A stretch of 62,984 nucleotides of DNA, filler included. It is 5 parts of 5 records of this genome, joined end to end, with 100 filler letters (N's around TTAATTAATTAA, not from the genome) between each part and the next. Parts side by side here need not be neighbours in the genome. Positions count along the whole stretch, not along the records: positions 37,713 to 49,854 come from SRR31156797_9770; positions 49,955 to 56,481 come from SRR31156797_9791; 3 more parts are not named here. One strand, 5' to 3'. The notes beneath the pieces are model-generated. The model saw only the letters and a list, made by a program, of their open reading frames with translations. It ran no database searches and was not told the origin of the DNA. Position 1 is the first letter of the stretch, and every line of letters starts with the position of its first letter. The position numbers and the translations under genes were made by a program. Positions 42,589 through 50,050 of this stretch are shown here, piece after piece.

Positions 42589-44559
42589 ATGAAAACTTTA
42601 AAAATTTTGTTAGCCCTTGTGCTAATGTTTACAGGTTTAAATCTGTGGTCGCAGGTTGCGATTAATGCGGATGGAAGTGATCCCGATCCTTCAGCAATGT
42701 TGGACGTACAAAGTACCAATAGCGGCATCCTCATCCCACGGATGACGGCTGCTGAGCGTGATGCTATTCCCAGCCCTGCCGGCGGGTTAATGGTTTTTGT
42801 TACTGATGCGAATTTGTTTTATTACTACGATGGAAACAAATCCGGCTGGATACCCTTTGTTAGTGGTGTTTCTGGCGGGGATGGCTGGCAGATTGACGGT
42901 GCAAATATGTATTCTACTGTTTCAGGAAATCTGGGGATAGGTACTACCATGCCTGATTATAAACTCACTGTTGATGGAGGTCATGGATTGATAAAGGGAG
43001 ATGACGGTTGGAATTCAAGTGGTGACCAGGCACGCCTTTTCCTTGGAGATGGAAGTCATAGTTTGTTTGCTGTCCATTCACAGGGCTTACGCATCAGGAC
43101 CCATAATACCTCTGGTCATTCTATCCGTTGGGGTGGAAGCAATGGAGTGGATTATGTGACATTAAATATGGAGAGCGGATTTCTTGGCATTGGCACAACA
43201 GATCCCGGCGCAAAGCTTGATGTTCGTGGCTGGAATGTTGACGATGGTGTATTAATACAAACAGGTAACTCTGACATGTCCCACAAACTTGTACTATTTG
43301 GAGGTAAAGAATCTGATCCGAATCCATTTATTTTATGGAAGGACGGAGATCCTTTGCGATTTTGTACTGATCAAAATGGCTGGTCTGAGAAAATGCGTAT
43401 AGCATCAAATGGCAATGTTGGTATTGGAATTGAAGATCCTTTTTATAAATTGGAGGTTGCCGGGCAAGTGAATATAAATGCAGGGATAACATCAGGGATT
43501 GCATTAAAAGTAAATAATTACCCTGCTATTGAATTCCTTAGCAATGACGCATTTAGATGGGGAGGCTCAAAAACGAATCATTTCGTTGGTGATGTAGGGC
43601 TGGGGACTTCAAGCCCTACCACAAGATTGGATATTACAGGTTCTGCAGCACCCATGAGAGGACATCTTAGTATCACAGATAACTCTGATGATGATCCTTT
43701 CATCTCATTTTATGAGGGGGATACCTTTAAATCATTTTTTGGATGTGTGGATGGCATCGCACAGTGGAGTGCTATGGATGGATCAGATATGGTAATCGGA
43801 GCGTATGGCGATGGAAATGTTGGGATTGGAACAACAACGCCAGATCAAAAATTGACCATTCAAGGAGGTGACATACTTGTTAAGGGTACAAATGGCTGGA
43901 GTGTCGCGGGAGATGATGCAAAATTGAATTTAGGTGATCCTTATCATGGCATTAAAGCTGTCCGAAATGAGGGATTGAAATTATGGACTTATAATGATTT
44001 CGTATTTGAAAATCAAACCGGAACTCTATTTTTGACCATAAAGGAAAATTCTGGTAATGTTGGGATTGGAACGGATAATCCAACAGAAAAGTTAGAAGTT
44101 GATGGTACTGCAAAGTGTAAAATATTGCAAATTACTGGTGGTGCTGATCTTGCAGAACCATTCGATATTATGGAACATGAAGATGTTCAGCCAGGCATAG
44201 TCATGGTCATTGATCCTGAAAATCCAGGGAAACTAAAAATCTCAGAAAAAGAATACGATCGCTGTGTGGCTGGAATTATCAGTGGTGCGGGTGAAATCAA
44301 CCCCGGGATGATCATGGGCCAGACCGAATCCATAGCCGATGGCGACCATCCTGTTGCACTGTCTGGCAGGGTTTACTGCTATGCTGATGCATCAAACGGG
44401 AACATTCAGCCAGGTGATTTAATTACTACTTCCAACATCCCCGGCTATGCAATGAAATCCACAGATAGCCAGAAATCCCAGGGTGCCATAATTGGCAAAG
44501 CCATGACCTCACTCGATTCTGGCAAAGGTTTGATTCTTGTACTAGTAACTTTACAGTAG
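42589..44559 (+). CDS. Secreted tail-fibre-like repeat protein with a C-terminal peptidase-G2-like intramolecular chaperone
   Basis: Signal peptide; PDPSAMLDVQSTNSGILIPRM head; six GNVGIGT-type repeats; GADLAEPF...VALSGRV...GDLITTS...IIGKAM tail. Confidence 0.75.
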   Translation: MKTLKILLALVLMFTGLNLWSQVAINADGSDPDPSAMLDVQSTNSGILIPRMTAAERDAIPSPAGGLMVFVTDANLFYYYDGNKSGWIPFVSGVSGGDGWQIDGANMYSTVSGNLGIGTTMPDYKLTVDGGHGLIKGDDGWNSSGDQARLFLGDGSHSLFAVHSQGLRIRTHNTSGHSIRWGGSNGVDYVTLNMESGFLGIGTTDPGAKLDVRGWNVDDGVLIQTGNSDMSHKLVLFGGKESDPNPFILWKDGDPLRFCTDQNGWSEKMRIASNGNVGIGIEDPFYKLEVAGQVNINAGITSGIALKVNNYPAIEFLSNDAFRWGGSKTNHFVGDVGLGTSSPTTRLDITGSAAPMRGHLSITDNSDDDPFISFYEGDTFKSFFGCVDGIAQWSAMDGSDMVIGAYGDGNVGIGTTTPDQKLTIQGGDILVKGTNGWSVAGDDAKLNLGDPYHGIKAVRNEGLKLWTYNDFVFENQTGTLFLTIKENSGNVGIGTDNPTEKLEVDGTAKCKILQITGGADLAEPFDIMEHEDVQPGIVMVIDPENPGKLKISEKEYDRCVAGIISGAGEINPGMIMGQTESIADGDHPVALSGRVYCYADASNGNIQPGDLITTSNIPGYAMKSTDSQKSQGAIIGKAMTSLDSGKGLILVLVTLQ

Positions 44560-44571
44560 GAGGGCGGAAAA

Positions 44572-45951
44572 ATGAAATATATAAAAGCCTTGAAAATTCT
44601 ATTCGTTATTTTGCTTATTTACTGCACACTACCAACTTCTCCACAACGATATGAGAACCCTTATCACAAACTAAAATATGAGTTGCATTCTGGCCTTTGG
44701 GAGAATTGTTCTGATAAAGCTACTTTAACCTTCCAAAAAACTATCCAAATTGATGATGCCCAGTGGTTGCAATTACATTTTGACAGTTACAACCTTGGTG
44801 AAAATAGCTATTTATTAATTAGCTCTATCTTAGACAATGGATCCCAATATCATAATACTAAAAGCTTAAAAGACTGGAATGATTATTCTGCATTTTTCAA
44901 TGGTAGAGAGTTAAGGATTGAATTGTATGTAGCTCCATTTGAGTGTAATGTATTTTTTAATATTGATAAGATCACTGTTGGTGAGCAGGTTGAAGAAATT
45001 GGAGCTAAAAGCCTTTGTGGAGATGATGACAGGATAACTTCATCAGATGACCGTGTAGGACGCCTATTTATAGGTGGCTGCACTGCATCACTTGCTTCCA
45101 ATGGCACTTTACTCACAGCAGGTCACTGTGTCGACTATGACCCTGATGGCTTTGGTAGCCAACTCCCGGATGGCATCCTAGATCTTTGGGGCGTTGTAGA
45201 GTTTGACGTACCTGCTTCTTCTCCAAATGGATCTCCTGTCGCTGCAGATCCAAATGACCAATATCCAATTAACCTGAATTCTGTTGTCTGGAATTATGAT
45301 GGTGAGGGAGAAGGACTTGGAAAAGATTGGGCAATATTCGAGTGTAACCCGAATTCAAATACCGGGCTTTTACCTCATCATGGTCAGGGCACTTTCTTCC
45401 GAATGACTACAATAGCTCCATCAATTAACAACACTATACGAATTACTGGCTGTGGTGCAGATAGTGATCCACCCGGACCTAATGGTGGATCAAACTCTAA
45501 CAACTTTACTCAACAAACCAGTATAGGACCATTTTATGTAACACATACTTCAGGGAATGATATATGGTACGAATACTCCGTTGATACTCAAGGTGGAAAT
45601 TCCGGTGGCCCAATAATACTGGAGAGTATTAATTACCAAATTGGAATTCATACCAATGGAGGATGTAATCCACCTTGGAACGGGAATAATGGGACTTCTT
45701 TTGATCATAATCCACTTGAAGAGGCTCTCCACACTTACCCTGGTTTATTAACTGTATATGTTGATAATGGTACGATATTACCAGGACCTGGTACTGTTTT
45801 TAACCCATACATGACAATTTCCAATGGTGTGTTAAGCGTAATCCCAAGCGGAAAATTGAGTATTGTTAAAGGCTCCTATAATGAATCAATCACAATAAAC
45901 AAAGCGATGACAATAGAGGCTCCTGTAGGAATAGTTAATATTGGTCAATAG
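44572..45951 (+). CDS. Secreted trypsin-like (S1) serine protease
   Basis: TAGHC, DWA, GGNSGGP catalytic triad; N-terminal beta-rich pro-domain; short C-terminal module. Confidence 0.9.
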   Translation: MKYIKALKILFVILLIYCTLPTSPQRYENPYHKLKYELHSGLWENCSDKATLTFQKTIQIDDAQWLQLHFDSYNLGENSYLLISSILDNGSQYHNTKSLKDWNDYSAFFNGRELRIELYVAPFECNVFFNIDKITVGEQVEEIGAKSLCGDDDRITSSDDRVGRLFIGGCTASLASNGTLLTAGHCVDYDPDGFGSQLPDGILDLWGVVEFDVPASSPNGSPVAADPNDQYPINLNSVVWNYDGEGEGLGKDWAIFECNPNSNTGLLPHHGQGTFFRMTTIAPSINNTIRITGCGADSDPPGPNGGSNSNNFTQQTSIGPFYVTHTSGNDIWYEYSVDTQGGNSGGPIILESINYQIGIHTNGGCNPPWNGNNGTSFDHNPLEEALHTYPGLLTVYVDNGTILPGPGTVFNPYMTISNGVLSVIPSGKLSIVKGSYNESITINKAMTIEAPVGIVNIGQ

Positions 45952-45992
45952 TTTGATCATCTTGATATAAAATCTAATATAAACATTTTACT

Positions 45993-47411
45993 ATGAAAAA
46001 AATAAAATTCATTCAAACAATTATACTGATACTCATAAGTATCACACTTAGCTCACAAATTGCCATCAATAATGATGGCACTGACCCTCATCCTTCAGCA
46101 ATGTTGGATGTAAAAAGCACCAATAGTGGTATTCTGGTTCCGCGTTTGAGCACACTTGAAAGAGATAACATTAATTCCCCGGCACAAGGACTCATGGTTT
46201 ATGTTATCGATGACAGCCTTTTCTACTACCATACCGGTTATAACTGGATGCCTGTTGGAGGAACCCCGGGAAACACAGCATGGGTGGTTGATGGCAATAA
46301 TGCTATTTCCAATGTAGCTGGTAATGTTGGAATTGGAACAACTTCACCAACATATAAACTTACAATAGATGGTGGCCATGGTTTAATCAAAGGAAACGGT
46401 GGGTGGAATTCAAGCGGTGACCAGGCAAGACTATACCTTGGTGATGGCTACCACAGTTTATTTGCAGTTCATTCGAATGGTTTAAGGATCAGGTCTCGTA
46501 ATGCCCCTGGATTTTCTACACGTTGGGGGGGTGATAACGGGGTTGATTTTATGACCTTACAAATGGCAACCGGTTATCTTGGTATCGGTACAACAAATCC
46601 CACTGCTAAACTTGACGTTCGTGGATGGAACTCCGATGATGGGGCAACCATGCAATGCGGTAATTCTGACCTTTCTCACAAACTGGTACTATTCGGTGGC
46701 CGCGAAAATGACCCTAATCCTTTCGTTCAGTGGAAAGACGGGGATCCATTGCGATTCGGAACTGACCTTGATGGATGGTCAGAGAAGATGAGGATTTTAT
46801 CAGAAGGTAATGTTGGGGTTGGAATAATTACAACAAGCGATAATGACGCCCTGTTCACAAAAACAAAGAATGGGAATATGGAGAGGGCATTAAGCCACAG
46901 ACTAACCATCTCTAATCCTGATGAGGATGATGTTCTCCGTCTGATTGGTCCCTACGGCGACTATGGTCATGGTGCCCGGTTAAATTTTGGTGATGGGAAT
47001 TATGTATATATTGAAGAAGACCTCGATGATAAAATGAAGATTAATGCTAGTAGGGTATCATTCCCGGGCAGCTATGTCAGTATAGGCACAGATGATCCTG
47101 AAGCTAATTTGGATGTTCGAGGAAGTATAAGGTTTGGCCACACCGGAACACCATTTTTCGAAATCAAGAAATTAACAGGAAACACTAGCCCAACAAATAC
47201 TTACGTGGAAATACCTTATCCTGCAGGATGGGATCAGGACAATACGCACATATTATGCCTTGAAGTACAAGAAAATTTTGCCGACTATTTTATAGGTCCC
47301 GGTAATCAAAGTTTTCCTGTGTACTACACCCTTTCCTCAACAAGTATCTGGATTCATTACACCAATAATTTTCATAATAAACCCTATCGTATTGTTATCA
47401 TGAAAATATGA
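45993..47411 (+). CDS. Second tail-fibre-like repeat protein, paralog of 42589-44559 with a different C-terminus
   Basis: PHPSAMLDVKSTNSGILVPRL head; four GNVGIG-type repeats; no chaperone-like tail. Confidence 0.75.
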   Translation: MKKIKFIQTIILILISITLSSQIAINNDGTDPHPSAMLDVKSTNSGILVPRLSTLERDNINSPAQGLMVYVIDDSLFYYHTGYNWMPVGGTPGNTAWVVDGNNAISNVAGNVGIGTTSPTYKLTIDGGHGLIKGNGGWNSSGDQARLYLGDGYHSLFAVHSNGLRIRSRNAPGFSTRWGGDNGVDFMTLQMATGYLGIGTTNPTAKLDVRGWNSDDGATMQCGNSDLSHKLVLFGGRENDPNPFVQWKDGDPLRFGTDLDGWSEKMRILSEGNVGVGIITTSDNDALFTKTKNGNMERALSHRLTISNPDEDDVLRLIGPYGDYGHGARLNFGDGNYVYIEEDLDDKMKINASRVSFPGSYVSIGTDDPEANLDVRGSIRFGHTGTPFFEIKKLTGNTSPTNTYVEIPYPAGWDQDNTHILCLEVQENFADYFIGPGNQSFPVYYTLSSTSIWIHYTNNFHNKPYRIVIMKI

Positions 47412-47460
47412 TGGTGATTCTTCATGAAGTACATTTTCAATAATTTAAAATAAAAGAAAT

Positions 47461-49539
47461 ATGAAAAATCTAATAATAATATTCGGAATATTATTGGTAT
47501 CAGGTTTTACTTTAAGTGCTCAAATTATGGTAAATGATGGAGCCAACCTGGTTATCAAACCTAATACAATGCTTGTCATTCAAGGCGACTACATCAATCA
47601 ATCCGATGGTGACATATTAAGTGATGGTATAATTAGAATAACCGGAGACTGGACTAATAATGCCACCAGTGGAAACCTCATGCAAGGCTCAACTGGAAAA
47701 GTTGATTTCAGAGGATATCAAAATCAAACTATCGGTGGCTCAGCGCCAACATGGTTCCCTAAACTTGATATTTCACAAGGCCCGGGACAGGTGAAACTTG
47801 AATCGGACATTTCCTGTTCAGCAAATCTTAATATCTCAGGTCGTGAACTCTTGCTCAGCGGTCATACGATTTATGCCGCTGCACATGTTGGTGTTTCCAC
47901 TAACGGAACACTCACCGTTGATTCAGGAGCTGTGGTTGAAATGTCGGATGGCAAATATTTCCAGGCCATCAATACAGCGACTGCAAATTTTTATGGAACA
48001 GCATATACACCAGCAAACATTAGAAGTTCATCAGGCTACTACTTTTTTGAAATTCAAAATGGAGCTACGATTCATGCAAAACATACAATTTTCGAAAATA
48101 TGGAATTGGATGGTTTAGAATTGCATGGTGACATCAGTCCTGTAAACGCCTTTCATAATTGCACTTTTCGATATGGACGGACTGATGGAGTACTCATCAC
48201 ATTTGATAACCCAGACCCGGTTTCCATCAATAATGCACAGTTCCCTGAAAACACCTGGGGAAGCAACTACAATGTAACCAAACTAAACGACGAAGGCAGA
48301 GTGACTTTCAATGATGCCGTTGGAAATTTTGCCGGTGAATGGTATGAGGACGATCCGAACAATTCAATCGATTGGAACAATACCATAATGGAACATGAAG
48401 TGTCACTTGAAGAGGGTTGGAGTGGCATATCGAGTTGGTTAGTTCCGGGAGGGGAAGACATAACCGTTCCCTTTGCACCTATCCTTGAACATTTAATAAT
48501 TGCACTCACTCTGGACGGAATGTATTTCCCTGCCCAAAACATAAATACCATAGGAGCCTGGGAAAGCCACGATGCTTTTATCATTAAGATGAATGAGGAT
48601 ATTGAATTTCCTTTGTTGGGTGTTCCTGAAGCAAACTACACTGTGCAACTTAATCAGGGCTGGACACTGCTTCCCGTAGTAACGCCATGCCCTGTAAATT
48701 GCGATGAACTATTTTCAGGTATTGGCTGGACATTTGAAATAGCAAAGGAAATTGCAGGGACGAAAGTTTTTTGGCCGGATATGGGAATCTACACATTAGA
48801 TGAAATCCATCCGGGAAAAGGCTATTTGGTCCGCAGCTCGGACCCTATACCATTACTATTCCCTCAACCAAATTGTGATGGATTTGATGGATTTGCACAG
48901 ACGGAGGAAATTCCAATAAAGCATCCCTGGAGTAAGGTGACCAGATCAAGTATTTCCCATACCATCGGATTTCCGGAGAAAATCACAAATCAATTTATTG
49001 AAGGTGATATCATTGGTGTATTTACTTCAAATGGAGCCTGTGCAGGAGTTGCCAAAGTTCAAAAGGGCCTTCCATTAGCCCTCACCACTTTTGCTGATGA
49101 TTCCTACACATCTGAAAAAGACGGATTTTCAGATGGCGAGATGATGACCTTTAGAAAATATGCTCCTGATTTAAAAAAGGAATCTGCGTTTTATGTGATC
49201 TTCGATACTGAATTATCTGATGCTGATGGATTGTTCCATTCGAATGGGCTTTCAGTAGTGAAGGAATTGATCATGGGGCCAGCAGGTGTTGGTGATGAAT
49301 TTGCTGCACAGGATGTTTCTATTCATCCAAATCCCAATACCGGGCATTTCACAATTTCAGGAATTTCAGGAGCCAGTCATATAAAACTTACTGATAGCAG
49401 GGGCATCGAAGTTTTTGAAAATATTCTAAGTAACAATAATACCTTGGAGTTTGATCTGTCAAGCCAACCGAAAGGAATCTATTTCATCAGGGCATTTTTC
49501 CCTGAAAAGGTTGAAACTATAAAAGTAATTTTGAAGTAA
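47461..49539 (+). CDS. T9SS type A sorting-domain cargo protein
   Basis: Signal peptide; C-terminal IHPNP...FDLSSQPKGIYFI...KVILK; internal LxxGW motifs. Confidence 0.9.
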   Translation: MKNLIIIFGILLVSGFTLSAQIMVNDGANLVIKPNTMLVIQGDYINQSDGDILSDGIIRITGDWTNNATSGNLMQGSTGKVDFRGYQNQTIGGSAPTWFPKLDISQGPGQVKLESDISCSANLNISGRELLLSGHTIYAAAHVGVSTNGTLTVDSGAVVEMSDGKYFQAINTATANFYGTAYTPANIRSSSGYYFFEIQNGATIHAKHTIFENMELDGLELHGDISPVNAFHNCTFRYGRTDGVLITFDNPDPVSINNAQFPENTWGSNYNVTKLNDEGRVTFNDAVGNFAGEWYEDDPNNSIDWNNTIMEHEVSLEEGWSGISSWLVPGGEDITVPFAPILEHLIIALTLDGMYFPAQNINTIGAWESHDAFIIKMNEDIEFPLLGVPEANYTVQLNQGWTLLPVVTPCPVNCDELFSGIGWTFEIAKEIAGTKVFWPDMGIYTLDEIHPGKGYLVRSSDPIPLLFPQPNCDGFDGFAQTEEIPIKHPWSKVTRSSISHTIGFPEKITNQFIEGDIIGVFTSNGACAGVAKVQKGLPLALTTFADDSYTSEKDGFSDGEMMTFRKYAPDLKKESAFYVIFDTELSDADGLFHSNGLSVVKELIMGPAGVGDEFAAQDVSIHPNPNTGHFTISGISGASHIKLTDSRGIEVFENILSNNNTLEFDLSSQPKGIYFIRAFFPEKVETIKVILK

Positions 49540-49613
49540 CCATTTTTAATAAAAGTCTGTGAAGAACACAAAATTTTAGCATAGCCCCTTCTACTCTTCA
49601 TAGACTTAGGCAG

Positions 49614-49681
49614 GTAGCTAAGGCTACTTTGGCCGGTTCCGGTACCGAAAGATTTTGGGTATCCCGGGCCGGCCATTTTTT
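49614..49681 (+). terminator. Double hairpin plus T-tract after the operon
   Basis: GTAGC-taag-GCTAC; TGGCCGG...CCGGCCA followed by T6. Confidence 0.5.
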
Positions 49682-49841
49682 GAAAAAATAATAAGGAATT
49701 GATTTGATGTAAATAAACCTGCACCCCGGAAAAATCAGTTGAATCTGCAAGTTTTGTTGAGTTCTGCAAGAATGGCTTGCAAAGCTGATAGAAAAAAATT
49801 GATGAAAAATACCCGGCAAACTAGTGCAACCTCGACCCAAT

Positions 49842-49854
49842 CAAATGGATAAAC
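49842..49854 (+). repeat. 13-bp terminal direct repeat, right copy
   Basis: CAAATGGATAAAC, last 13 nt of the contig. Confidence 0.9.
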
Positions 49855-49954
49855 NNNNNNNNNNNNNNNNNNNNNNNNNNNNNNNNNNNNNNNNNNNNTT
49901 AATTAATTAANNNNNNNNNNNNNNNNNNNNNNNNNNNNNNNNNNNNNNNNNNNN
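49855..49954. other. Artificial contig linker
   Basis: N44-TTAATTAATTAA-N44. Confidence 0.99.
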
Positions 49955-49961
49955 AAGCGGG

Positions 49962-50040
49962 TTGATGCGCCGCAGCTTGCTGCGATTCATATAGCATGTT
50001 TACGTTTTGATACCTCGTAGCTTGCTGCGTGGGGCTTCAT
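49962..50040. repeat. Pair of REP-like palindromic direct repeats
   Basis: TTGATGCGCCGCAGCTTGCTGCG (49962) and TTGATACCTCGTAGCTTGCTGCG (50007). Confidence 0.7.
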
Positions 50041-50050
50041 CAGGAATATC

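Noticed and set aside
42589-47411. Prophage, tailocin or DGR-diversified tail fibres
   Set aside because: Both proteins have Sec signal peptides; no capsid, sheath, baseplate or lysis genes; paralog differences are not restricted to adenines.
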